DNA of 64,000 bases from Veleropilina oligotropha (taxonomy: Eukaryota), in contig JBEUKZ010000135.1 of the NCBI GenBank assembly GCA_048128005.1, positions 1-64,000 of the forward strand, given 5' to 3'. The translations under genes were made by a program, and so were the position numbers. The notes under the pieces are model-generated. The model was not told the origin of the DNA and made no database searches. It saw only the letters and a program-made list of their open reading frames with translations. Each line of letters opens with the position of its first letter. Position 1 is the stretch's first letter. Of the stretch, positions 11,554 through 23,500 are shown piece by piece.

Positions 11554-11910
11554 CTATATGTAGCTATACTTTTCAGCAGGCTGGGATATAATATCTACCT
11601 TGACGTTCAAATAGAGGGTATTCATCCATGGGGCCTTGAGGGCAAAGGCGAGTGTTAGCTTATCCGAATACAGGCCAACTTTATTTATGGAACATGACTT
11701 GGGGCTGCCCCCGGCCGGCTGGACAGGCGTTATGTGAATTGTTAGAAGGTCTGGGTTTGACCCAAACCGCCCTCCTGTGTTTGGAAGTATAAACTCCCTC
11801 CTCAAAAGCTCTTTCTTGCGTGCTTCTCCACAATGAAGAACAAAGTTGTGCGTGCAGTGAAACTGTTCCGAAGGCACATCTGCAAGAAGAGTTCCATAAA
11901 TGCTGCTCAT
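11554..11910 (-). CDS. Hypothetical viral protein, 118 aa, copy 2
   Basis: Duplicate of 6229-6585. Confidence 0.55.
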   Translation of the reverse strand: MSSIYGTLLADVPSEQFHCTHNFVLHCGEARKKELLRREFILPNTGGRFGSNPDLLTIHITPVQPAGGSPKSCSINKVGLYSDKLTLAFALKAPWMNTLYLNVKVDIISQPAEKYSYI

Positions 11911-12562
11911 TGTATCTCAAGGACTGCGGAAATAGGCATACCGTGATTGTATAGCAGGTTACCGTCTGAGTCTGTGATGTACATGTTCAATTCAGTGAGT
12001 AGCCCGGCCTGCAGTCGCCGAAATTCTGGATAACTATGAAAGTGTGCGGCTTCACCGAACATCTGCGAAGTTATGGGAACCACTGCGAGAACATTGCTCG
12101 GGGCGCCATCTTTCATATTAGCTGTGGTACTTAGCTGATCCAGATGAACGTGTAGGGTCGCTGCAATAGCAAACCCTACTGGCCTGTTCCCGTCATAAGT
12201 CCCAGGGCGTAGCCACCCAGAAACGTTGAACCCTAGGAGTTTTAGTAGATCATCGCTTATCATACGTTCATTGCCATCTGGAACAACGAGTTGCGCGATT
12301 CCCGTAGCATGGCATACATCTAGCTGCATGTTAACTAGGGACCTCTTCATAGTCTTGGCGAGGGAATTGAAGCTGTAGAAACCTGGTGCCACTGACACTG
12401 TGTTATTGGGGGTTTTGAAGAAGGCTCCTGCGTGTACATTATGCCAACCGACCAAATAGTCGAGCGACCGCAAGCCAACACATAGCTTTCCTCCCGGTTA
12501 TCTATCGGTTGTAGGAGGGCAACCGCGGTCCCCGTTTGAACATTCGTTACTGTGTGAAACAT
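11907..12562 (-). pseudogene. Penton-like minor capsid protein, copy 2 (same frameshift)
   Basis: Duplicate of 6582-7237. Confidence 0.7.
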
Positions 12563-12581
12563 AATTGTACTTACAAACAAT

Positions 12582-13889
12582 ATGGATAAGAGTGCCTTTG
12601 CTTTTAATAGGAGTGCGGTCTATCAGACCGGTGTGGTGTACCCAACCCGTATAAAGGATGAGCAGCTTACAAAACCAAGCATCGTTATATATTCGTCTGA
12701 ATCTCCCCACCCTTCATTCCAGGCAAAATACCCAGATGTCTTTCAAAAGTATCGCCTCCCTCACATCGCGAGTGACCGGCTAATACAGGCTTGGAACACC
12801 ACACCCATGCGGTTTTGGCAGAATCAGATTAACTTCGCAGTATGGTGTGCTACAACAGGTTCCGGGTTATCTGCAGAAGACCACTTGAATGCAGCCGACC
12901 CCCTGATCAGAGCCGTATTCACCTTCCATTTCTACTATCAGATCAGAAGGGTATTGTCCGAAATTAAGGCGCCGCTGCCTCAAGACATGATATGGGATGC
13001 GTTCGACAACCCGTATGACCTCAGGGCATATGAGAAGATCTGCAGTGAATTTGGAGTGTCTCCACATACCGACTGGCGAGTCAAGGGTCCCAATAACGGA
13101 CTCGGCATAGCTTACAACTACTGGACAAACAATGGCTACCACTCCATAGAACATGAGTATAATCCCAGTTGGATGTCATTCACGAGAGAGAAGAGCCTGC
13201 ATGTGGACTATATAGGACAGGTTGCTATTGGCACTCATGGCTGGGCTTCGTTTATTCTGGACAAATCGGCGGGATTTACCCAGGCCGGCGTGGAAAGGCT
13301 TAATGATTCCATCAGGACGTATGTCTGGGCGATTCTTGGAGCGCAGGCTCAGACACGTGCAAGTATTCTGGGTAGTGGTACAGCATTTGACGCGCAAAAG
13401 CAGTTTCTGTCAAAAGTGGAAGATGCCATCTCATCTCCAGTTGATCTGCCATCAGCCATCAAACGGTACCAAAATGTGCTACAGTATGCCAGATCCAAGG
13501 TAGACTTCGTATTCGGCGTTGACCTGTATATGGCGCCAAGTGACATGCTTCTACGAATCGGGCAGGTGGCTGGCTATAACAACGAAATCATCGTTGCAAC
13601 ACAAAACCAGACACTAGGTCTTAATACAACCGTCAACACAGCCAATTTTCCCCCCAACGCCACTGGGGATACTGGAGAAAAGGGACTGGTCATTCCACGA
13701 GACGTGGTCGCAGTCTTACAGACAGATACAACCAGACCGGTATTCACTCCGAAGCATCCAAACTCTGAACCGACAGTAACAGTGACAAAGCCACTATGGC
13801 GTAACCATAACGAGGAGAAGACCGCACTCATTGTGGGTAGCGTTGTCGTTGGCCTAGCATTTATTTGGCTTGCTTCACCCACTGTCTAG
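12582..13889 (+). CDS. 435-aa viral protein of unknown function with C-terminal TM anchor
   Basis: Uninterrupted ORF; Pro/Thr-rich stalk followed by TALIVGSVVVGLAFIWLA. Confidence 0.75.
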   Translation: MDKSAFAFNRSAVYQTGVVYPTRIKDEQLTKPSIVIYSSESPHPSFQAKYPDVFQKYRLPHIASDRLIQAWNTTPMRFWQNQINFAVWCATTGSGLSAEDHLNAADPLIRAVFTFHFYYQIRRVLSEIKAPLPQDMIWDAFDNPYDLRAYEKICSEFGVSPHTDWRVKGPNNGLGIAYNYWTNNGYHSIEHEYNPSWMSFTREKSLHVDYIGQVAIGTHGWASFILDKSAGFTQAGVERLNDSIRTYVWAILGAQAQTRASILGSGTAFDAQKQFLSKVEDAISSPVDLPSAIKRYQNVLQYARSKVDFVFGVDLYMAPSDMLLRIGQVAGYNNEIIVATQNQTLGLNTTVNTANFPPNATGDTGEKGLVIPRDVVAVLQTDTTRPVFTPKHPNSEPTVTVTKPLWRNHNEEKTALIVGSVVVGLAFIWLASPTV

Positions 13890-15129
13890 CGGCAATAAGA
13901 AGCAACCCCCCAACTGCTATAATCACAGCCCATAGGTTTTCAGCAAGCCACGACGCTGTTTTGCCAACCATGTTGATAAGCCAGGAAAGCAGGCTTCCAA
14001 GCATTCCTGGGAGTGCCTCTGCCGCCTTACCTGCTAGTTTGCCCAGAATCCGACCCAAGTTCTGCAGATGAGTTTTTACCCACTCCTTTATCCCTCGATG
14101 ATTAGCATCACTGGGAGGTGTTGGTAAGATATTCGGCGTTCCGCCAGTTAGGGCCAGTACCAGAGTCGAGATAGCCATCCCAATCGCGGTGAGTATAGTC
14201 ACGATCGTGACCCCCTGCTCGCGAAACAAGGTCCGGATGCGCTCGGCCAGCGTCGTGTCTGAGTTGAGAATCCGAGTTATTGTTTCTTGGATCCTGCTGA
14301 TTTGAGAGCGAAGGGCATCCCGGCTTGATGAGGCTGCCTCTAGGCGAGCTTATCGTTCATCATTTAAGTCACGCAAGCGTTCTGCAATTCGTCATCGAGT
14401 AAACTCATCCACACCGCCTTCATCTGCCTGCTCAAGCTTCCTTTTCTCCAGACCGATGTGGTCGTCAAGCGCAGATAGTTTGGCCAAGTTGTTGGTTAGC
14501 TCACCTCGAATTGTCTGCATTGCCTTGTCAAGCCCGCGAAGCTCACGAAGATTTAATGTGCTCATGATATCGTCAACCTCAGAATCTGTGAAAGTCGTCT
14601 CCATTTTGTGGATTGCTTCTGATGCATCATTGGCTGTTCGCCCCAAGTCGTGCAGTTCTACGTTGTCTACCTTGGCGGCCGCTCTGCCCAACTCATTGTT
14701 GGCTGTCTGAAGAGCTGTAACAGCTTTTGAGGGCAGCTTTTTTCCTCGCGTCCAGTCGACAAAACCCAACCCATCTCTGATGGCGCTACCCCCACCACGC
14801 CGGCCAGCTAATGTTGCCAAAGACTTGGGTTTACCGGAGCTGTAATTGATTAGATCAATGTGTGGATATGCCTTCATTCGCAATTGCCCATCTACATATT
14901 CAAACCTGGAGTAATCACGCCCCATGGCGGGAGTTTGCCCCTCCGTTGAAAGGGCGTTGTAGTAGTCATCAACAGCTGTTTGCACAAGCTCTTGCCGCAG
15001 ACCGCTGGTTCCTTCCTGTGGCAGTGCCGGAGGCACAATCCAGTCAGTGGGGCCGACCACATCATCATCGTCGATGGTATCTCCAAAGATATGATCAGGC
15101 TCGAACGCGGGGTTCTCGAATTGCGCCAT
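13861..15129 (-). pseudogene. Coiled-coil/membrane protein, copy 2
   Basis: Same TGA as copy 1, plus an extra TAA near 14351 and a 15-bp deletion (MEGPP). Confidence 0.75.
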
Positions 15130-15200
15130 TTGAATACAACTGAATGGATACGCATCTAATACGTATATATATAGCTGTTATACCTCCGGTAAATAACAAC

Positions 15201-16469
15201 ATGGCCAGCTCATACGGACGCAAGCTTAATCCATACCGAAGACTGCGAGAGCCCCTTGGAGTCAAGGGTATTCGCCAGTCGGTTACCATAACCAACAACC
15301 CATCCACTATTGCCACCAACCAGCAGTTGTTGGTTAGGTTCCCTAATCTCGGGGCTCATGACGTTATCGTTCCAGGGACTGCACACTTGGCATTTACAAT
15401 CTCTCTGAACTCGGCTAACCCGAACAGAACCGTAGTTCAGAACATTGGCCGCGCCGTGATCAAGAAGACAACGATCAAGATTAGTGGAAACGAGGTCTTG
15501 TCTATCGATGACTCCGACGTGTATCAATGCTACAACGATCTCTGGAAGACACCCCAGGAGCGCAAGAATGCCCAATACCAAGGAATTGATACCAGCGATG
15601 AACTAAATGCTACGAAGCATCGTGTTGGTGCGGTAGACGCCTTCAGAGTTTCTGAAGATATGGCAATATCTTCCGCTTATGGTAATAGAGAGCCACATGC
15701 CATTCTACCAGAGCGCTCTGGGGGACAGGCTTGAGTATGAACTCACGTTCAATGACTATTCTAGGACTATCAAGTCTGCGGATGACCCCAGTGCCAGCTA
15801 TAGCATCGAAAATATTAGCCTGGAATATGACATGGTCACCCAGGCAGAACTGTCCAGAATGATACGCAACCAGTACTCGGGCCGCCTCGCCATCCTATAC
15901 GACCGTGTCCTGCGGCATCGTAAGCTCACCAAAGACAAGAGCGACACCTTGTGGAATCTTAACCTGAATGTACCGGCGCGGTCCATGAAAGGTATTCTAC
16001 TGCTGTTTGAGGACCCCACGAGAGACGCAGCACCATTGCTCGCGACACCGAGGCCTTTTACAATCCGAAGATCACAAAGGTAGAGGTCACCATTGAGGGT
16101 GTACCGAATCAACTCTACAGCCAGGGTATGCGTTCATACCAGGTGTGGGAAGAAGCCAAAAAACAGTTCGCATCCAACCCGATCAGCAAGCGGCATCCTG
16201 AGGTAGCGTTGGTTGCAAAGGAGTTGGCTCTGGCAGATGTCACCCTGGGTGAGTTCTTGACCCAAAAGTATGCACTCTGGCTTGATATGCGGGTAACGGA
16301 CGACGATCAGCTGCATGGGTCAGGCCGGAGGATAGAGAACGCCAGCGAGGGCATCACCATCCAAATCGCTAAGATAGGTGAAGCAGCTGGCCCATTGAAT
16401 ATTTACCTGTACGTGCTTATGGATGCACAGCTGAACATCGAGAATGGCCGCTTTGTCTCAGCATTGTAC
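15201..16469 (+). pseudogene. Major capsid protein (double jelly-roll, Polinton-like virus type), two frameshifts
   Basis: Three frames join: MASSYGRKLNPYR..NIGRAVIKK..ISGNEV; ESHMPFYQSALGDRLEYELTFND..ISLEYDMV; FYNPKITKVEVTIEGVPNQLY..LYVLMDAQLNIENGRFVSALY. About 420 beta-rich codons; NPKIT.V.VTI.G matches the DJR-MCP pattern. Confidence 0.75.
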
Positions 16470-18410
16470 CACCTTAGCACGGTGGCGCGGGAGGCCAATG
16501 TCCTTGTTTGGTCGGGTCATGGTCGTCAACACGCTTGCCTTGTCGCAACTGTGGTATACTGCCACAGTTGTGTCAATGCCCGACAGTGTAGTTGACGAAG
16601 TCAACAAGCTTGTTTTAAGTTTTGTTTGGGAGGGAAATAAGCCATTTGTTTCTCAGACCACCTTGTTTGGGCCTTTGGAGAGTGGGGGGTAGGGTTTAAT
16701 CGATGTTAAATCCAAGTGCGACTACCTTCTCCTAAAGCATGTCTCTGAACTGTGTAAAGGTGAGGAGACATGGGCCCAACTGTCCAGAACTCTGACGAAC
16801 GGACGAATTGCTCCATACGACGTGGAGTGCATGCTTTTTGGTGATGCCCGACCACCTGGCATCACCAAACTTCCACCTACCATTGTTACAATGGCCAAAG
16901 CATTGCACTCCATAGTAGTGGAGCATCCTGAACCAGAGTCCTGGGCTGCAGCTTTGTTGGAACCCCTCTGGGGTAACGATCGGATTCTTGATGACCGTCG
17001 ACGTCCTCTGTTCTTCACCTCATTTGCGAGGGGAGGTATCAGGACACTTGGTGACTTGGTCGATCGCAATGACAGAACATTTCTGTCGATCGAAACCATT
17101 GTCGCCAAGACCTCATCAAGAGCCCTGGACGTTAGACGTCTTTGTACATACCTTAAACGTGCGATTCCTGGCGACAGGTTTGCTTTGTCGGCCGGAGACC
17201 GGGAATCCGCGTCCAGGGCATATTCCGTCCTTGCGTTGGATGGTACTAGCCACAGTTGCTTTGACTTGTTGTCCAAACAATGGTATATCCATTTGGTCGA
17301 CGAGCATGCAACCGAGCCCGTTGCCGTCCAAGCATGGGGATATTTAAGATGCCTGTCCCCAACACTGTCCGCGAGGTTGCTTGGTTGCTGCTGCAGAGGC
17401 AGTTGTGGGTTCGAGCAAAGCTGCTGAAAGTGGGCATTGTCACGGATGCCAGTTGTCCTCTTTGCCAGTCTGGCGAAGAGACACTGATGCATCTATTTGT
17501 GCAGTGTGACATTGCCCACTCTTTTGGGTCTGGGTTGCCAACCTTCTTTCCCGTTATCTAGGGGCAGGATGTCTCAATTCCTGCCCTGTACATAATATTT
17601 CGTGACCGCACCCTGTGGTCTGAAATTTCAAAGGATCACAGGGTCGTTGTCGATTGTTTGCTCATATATGGCCTGTCAGTCTTGTGGAAACGTCGTTGCC
17701 ATCAGGTGTACTCTCCGCAAGATGATTTCGATCATCTTGCGAGCCGTCTTTGCGGCACATTTGCGCATGTTCATAATATATGAACATGAACGCGCATTGC
17801 TGAGCAAGAGGGGCATTGCCTCCTTCTCACGCATATGGTGCTACAATGACGTGTTTGCAAGCTTGGAGGGTTCACGACTGACAGTCCTTTTGTAAATATA
17901 ATTGTAGTAGATTTGCAGTTGATACACAACCGGGAGGTTTATGGTAGCAGGCCATCCAATTCAACATCGATGGTCAAGTTCTGCGCCTGGCCTCCTCATC
18001 CATTTATTCGACTGCAAATTTTGTGGTGCACTAGCGCCTTTTATTTTTAGTGACACTTTGCTCACATTTGTTAGTGACACTTTAGTCACATTTTGTAAAC
18101 TGTGTCACTTTGGGCACATTTTTGGCTTATGCCTTTGTTGGGCCGTCATGCCCATTTGTACATATATATTGTGTGTGGCACTTTGGTCACATTTTTGTCG
18201 GGCCGTTATGCCTATTTGTATATATATTGATTGTGGCTTATGCCTTTTGTTTATTTGTGATATTCTGATCACATTTTTGGCTTTTTCCTTTTATTGTATT
18301 TTTGATCAAAATATATGTTATAATATGTTTGTATTGAAGCAACGTTTTAGTTGCTTATTAGGCCAGTTATGCCTGTCTGTCTGTCAAGTAGGCACTATGT
18401 GCCGTTAATG
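16470..18410 (+). mobile_element. Tx1/L1 LINE 3' half (post-RT ORF2, zf-RVT, 3' UTR), degraded
   Basis: WRGRPMSLFGRVMVVNTLALSQLWY, LFGPLESGG*GLID, CPLCQSGEETLMHLFVQC; the 3' UTR end is approximate. Confidence 0.85.
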
Positions 18411-19112
18411 CGATATACGGGTAAAATTTACCCGTATATCGATTATTACCCTTTCGGCCCTATGACATCGGGGACCTAGCTTCCCGGTAAGTCCCCCAGT
18501 CGGTTAGGGGTTAGAATATGCCGACTGCTCTCCCCGCAGAGGGGTAAGATCCCCCAAATGGGAGGCACCTGTTTGCCGTGGGTGGCGACCCGTGATGTTG
18601 GAGAAGAGGGTCCTGATAGTTGAGCTTTGGCCTCGGCTGAAGCAACACACTACTTTGGCCTCGGATTCAGCTAGACGGGAGGTCAGATAGGCCCTATCTG
18701 ATCAATCGGCTTGTCACGCCGTGCCCTGGGATACTTTAGATATAACATTTAATATTATCTACATTCACATATTAATACATTTATGACAATAGATCATATA
18801 CCACTTATTGATCTATATCCCAGAAGGCGGTGGCTGAAGGGTCAATCAAGTGAGGAATGAATGGTGTGATATACACTTCCCACCACTAATATTCATTCAC
18901 TTATTTGAGTATATCACCCTGGTATCCCTGGCATTGGGTGCCGGAACTCCGCACCCATTAAATGCCCCCTTGTTGGGCCCCGGGGTGGGCGGGGACCTCG
19001 GGTGATGAAATATATAAAACTACACTATGGCACATAAACCACACCACAACGCAATAAAAAGGGGAAAAATTTAAGTAATGATTCCGATTCTGATGACAAT
19101 GATGCTCAATTT

Positions 19113-20210
19113 ATGGCCGCTTTCCGGTCAGTTCCATACGACCCCGAGATAGATGCTCCTTACAAGCCAAATCCTCCACCTCCTGTACCGGAAAGCTGGC
19201 CTCGATTTTTGACGATCGAGGCACTTAACTCAAGTACTCAAATCACTTCTCGGAGTCCGTTCGCCATCGCCAAGGCCATCCTCGGCCTTGCAGGCGAACC
19301 TCGATCAGTCAAGAAACTTCGAGATGGCACACTACTGGTGGAATGCGCCAGAAAGAGCCATGCGGAGAATCTCCTTCGTACTGACAATTTTGTCAACATC
19401 CCAGTGGAAGTCAGACCGCATCGGTCTTTGAGCAGCTCCAAGGGAGTAATTCGATCTAGGGACCTCCAGGGATGCAGTGAACCCGAGCTGCTGGAAGGTA
19501 TGATGAGTCAGGGTGTAACCAAGGTTACACACCTGACCATGTCCAAGGATGGGAAAAGAGTGCCCATCAACACCATCATGTTGGACTTCCGCCTTCCAAT
19601 GCTTCCTAAAACTGTGAAAGCTGGTTATATTAGCATCCCTGTCGAGCCCTACATCCAAAACCCCTTGAGATGCTTCAAATGCCAAGCATTTGGGCATCAC
19701 AAGGACCGATGCAGAAGGAATCCTGCATGTGCTCGTTGTAGCGAAGAGGGTCACGAGTCTGACTCGTGCTTCAAGCCACCCCTATGCTGTAATTGTAGGG
19801 GTAAGCATTGCGCTTACTCCAAAGACTGTCCGAAGTGGAAGCACGAGAAAGAGATCCAGAGGGTCAAGATCATCGACCGGATCTCTTTCCCGGATACCAG
19901 GAAACTGGTGGAATCCCGCACTACCTCGGGCAGATCCTATGCTGCAATTGTTACAGCAACTGAGCAAAAGGCAGTCACTCGATCCTCTTCGACTCAAACG
20001 GATATCACCTGGCCATCTGGCGAAGCGTTCTTCAGTACTTTGCCATCTCGAAATAAACCATCATCGTCATCACTATCAGAATCATCATCTCAAACTGTCA
20101 AATCAATAATTACATCTATCAAAACTACTAAGCCTAACAAATCTACTCGCAACTCGACAAAAGAGGCTGCTGCTGCTCGCAAAGCTGCAACCTCTAAAAA
20201 AGACACTTAA
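19113..20210 (+). CDS. LINE ORF1 with three CCHC zinc knuckles
   Basis: CFKCQAFGHHKDRC, CARCSEEGHESDSC, CCNCRGKHCAYSKDC. Confidence 0.9.
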   Translation: MAAFRSVPYDPEIDAPYKPNPPPPVPESWPRFLTIEALNSSTQITSRSPFAIAKAILGLAGEPRSVKKLRDGTLLVECARKSHAENLLRTDNFVNIPVEVRPHRSLSSSKGVIRSRDLQGCSEPELLEGMMSQGVTKVTHLTMSKDGKRVPINTIMLDFRLPMLPKTVKAGYISIPVEPYIQNPLRCFKCQAFGHHKDRCRRNPACARCSEEGHESDSCFKPPLCCNCRGKHCAYSKDCPKWKHEKEIQRVKIIDRISFPDTRKLVESRTTSGRSYAAIVTATEQKAVTRSSSTQTDITWPSGEAFFSTLPSRNKPSSSSLSESSSQTVKSIITSIKTTKPNKSTRNSTKEAAAARKAATSKKDT

Positions 20211-20596
20211 GCCACACAGACAGCCCAAAGGGTACGAGGACCCAATTAAGCTGCATAATCGCTTTGGTCACCTTATGGACTCTAACGAACCATGAGATGA
20301 CCAAATTGATAATAATAATACCGATGCCACTATTGAGGATCTCGCCGCTGAAATCGTTGCTGCTGCCTCAAATGGTGGGAGAGAGGCAGCAGCGAAATTA
20401 AACCGGCAGATGAAGGAGAGCCCAGAACCACCTGAGCTGCTTCCTGATGCCAACGATCCATTGGAAAGCGATCAGCCATTGGACCGCCAGCACAAACCGA
20501 AAACTGCCATAAATCCCGTACTTCCACCGAATAAATAGGAAAAGTTAAGCATAACATTACAAACAAACATCTTAATACACACACCATTAAACCAAC

Positions 20597-23500
20597 ATGT
20601 CAGGCACAATAATACAATGGATTATTGTAGAGGCATTAAACCGAATATTGATGAGATCAGTCAATTAATTCAAGAACACAAACCAACAGCATTATGTCTT
20701 AATGAAACATTCATGAAACTCACAGACAACATACGCATTAAAGATCACTCACTATATAATCACATTGTCACCACAGGTGACAAGGCTACAGGGGGGGGTT
20801 TCAATCATTGTCAACAACAAAACACCACACAGTAAGGTCAACTTAGACACCAACACAGGCAGTAGCAGTAAAAATATCGACCCACCAAGTAATAACTCTC
20901 TGCTCGGTATACTTACCACCTGGTACAAACTTGCGACCTACTGACCTTGACGATCTCATCGATCAGCTATCGACCCCATTTGTACTGTGTGGCGATTTTA
21001 ACGCCCACAGTACGGATTGGGGTGGTACTGACACAGATAAACGGGGACATCAAATAGAGGACTTTATTGGGAGACACAATTTGTGTCTATTTAACACTAC
21101 CAAATCGCCAACATACATGCATCCACCAACAGGCTCGCTTACCACCATTGACCTTACCATGTGCGACCCATCTGCTTTCCTGGACTTTACTTGGAAAGTT
21201 GGTGAGGACCTCCACGGAAGCGACCACTTTCCAATTTTCCTGGAAAGCACAATATATCAAGCACAAGAACATACAGAAAGGTGGAAACTTCGCAAAGCAG
21301 ATTGGGAGAAATTCCAATCTCTTTGCGAAGATCAACTACACTCACATCAATTCGCTCATGGCGAAGACCCAATATCAAGTTTCTCTACAACACTACATGA
21401 CATTGCAACACTCTCAATTCCAAAGACCTGTCCAAATTCCAAACACAAAAATAAACCTTGGTTTAATGAAGACTGCAGACAAGCAATCAAAGCACGCATA
21501 CATGCAATTTCAACATTTAAACAGCACCCAACACTACAAAATCTTAATAGCTTTAGGCTATTAAGAGCAAAAGTCAGACGTACCATCAAACAAAGTAAAA
21601 GGGAATCCTGGCATTCTTACACTACCAAACTAAACTCTCGTTCCACTATTAAAAAAACATGGGATATGATCGGTAAAATCAGCGGCAAGCATACACCAAA
21701 CTGCATCAAGCACCTTAAAACAAACAATTCAGAAGCAGACACAGCTAAAGACATCGCAAACACCTTGGCAGACACATTTTCTGCCAATTCATCATCCGAC
21801 AACTGCACTCCAAAATTCAGCCGTTTTAAAAATCAAAAAGAAAAAACAAGGCTCAAATTTAGATCAAACAATACAGAGTCATACAACCAACCATTTTCAC
21901 ACAAGGAACTCTCAGACTCACTCAATAAGGCACATGACACATCAGTTGGACCTGATGACATTCACTATCAATTACTTAAGCACTTACCCGGAACATCACT
22001 TACAACTCTACTTGCAATATTCAATACTATCTGGGAAACCGGAACGTTCCCTCCCTCGTGGAGGGAGGCTATTATTATCCCAATTGCAAAGGCAGGGAAA
22101 GATACATCACATCCTAACAGTTATCGACCCATAGCCCTGACGAGTTGTATTTGTAAAACCATGGAACGGATGATAAACGAGAGATTAGTTTGGTACTTAG
22201 AATCAAATAATTTACTTACAGAATATCAAAGTGGGTTCCGGCGCAACCAGAGCACCACAGACCACTTGGTACGTCTGGAAACTTTTGTTCGTGAGGCCTT
22301 CCTAAACAGACAACATTTAGTTGCTGTTTTTTTCGATCTCGAGAAGGCCTACGACACTACTTGGAAGTATGGGATTATGAAGGATTTGTTTGATTTTGGT
22401 TTAAAGGGCCACTTGCCCAATTTTATTTCAAAATTCCTTGAGGATAGAAATTTCAAAGTCAAGGTGGGTGACACCCTCTCCGATATCCACGACCAGGAGA
22501 TGGGTGTCCCTCAAGGAAGTATTTTATCAGTCACCCTATTCAGTATTAAGATCAACATTATCGTCAAATGTATTAGTACTGGCACTGACTGTTCATTATT
22601 TGTTGACGATTTTGGCATCTGCTATCGTTCAACAAATATGAACAGTATAGAACGTCAGCTACAACATGGCTACAACATGGCCTACATAAATTACAGATAT
22701 GGTCTGATGAGAACGGATTCAAATTCTCAAAGGACAAAACTAAATGCATGCACTTTTGCCTGCGTCGTGAAATTCATGACGACCCAGTGCTAAAACTGGA
22801 CAATTTCGAAATTCCAGTGGTGGACTAATTTAAATTTTTAGTCCTTATATTTGATCGCAAACTGACTTTCATACCTCATATAAAATATATCAAAGCTAAA
22901 TGTAAGAAGGCTTTGAATTTAATGAAAGTAGTTTCTAATACTGAATGGAGTGCTGATAAAACAGTTTTACTACGACTATATCGATCATTAATTAGATCAA
23001 AACTTGATTATGGGAGCATAGTATATGGCTCTGCTCGCCATTCATATCTTAAAATGCTTGATCCAATCCATAATCAAGGGCTTCGACTTGCACTGGGGGC
23101 TTTCCGTACATCACCCATGGAAAGCCTCTATGTCGAAGCAGATGAACCATCTCTTACACACAGATGTGAAAAATTGTCACTGCAATATGCAATCAAATTA
23201 AAATCACACCCATGTAACCCAGCTTTCGAAACTGTATTTACACCTCATTACGAAAATTTATTTCTGGCCACACCAAACAACATTTCACCATTCGGCATTC
23301 GCATAAAACCTGCACTACAAAGCTCTGGCATACATGTACCTCAAATTTGAACAAATTACATTCCGGATACTCCACCATGGACACTTAAAGTACCGGAAAT
23401 TGACCTACATCTTACATCACTAAAAAAAATCAAACACAGACACATCAGATTATCTCATAAAAGTGCACGATCTGGAAATAAAATATTCCGATATGCATGG

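Larger units (their letters stand above)
5180..16469. mobile_element. Endogenous Polinton-like/adintovirus-like virus structural module, tandemly duplicated and degraded
   Basis: Intronless, abutting or overlapping ORFs on both strands, including MCP-like and penton-like proteins; the 7-gene cassette is present twice (about 5182-10403 and 10404-15713). Confidence 0.8.

Noticed and set aside
16128..16595. Functional MCP-LINE fusion protein
   Set aside because: The extension after ..SALY is off-frame LINE sequence, and the MCP is already frameshifted upstream.
17941..18408. Hydrophobic multi-TM ORF (also the tail of 24022-24483 and 35088-35478)
   Set aside because: T-rich LINE 3' UTRs give spurious Phe/Leu/Cys-rich translations.
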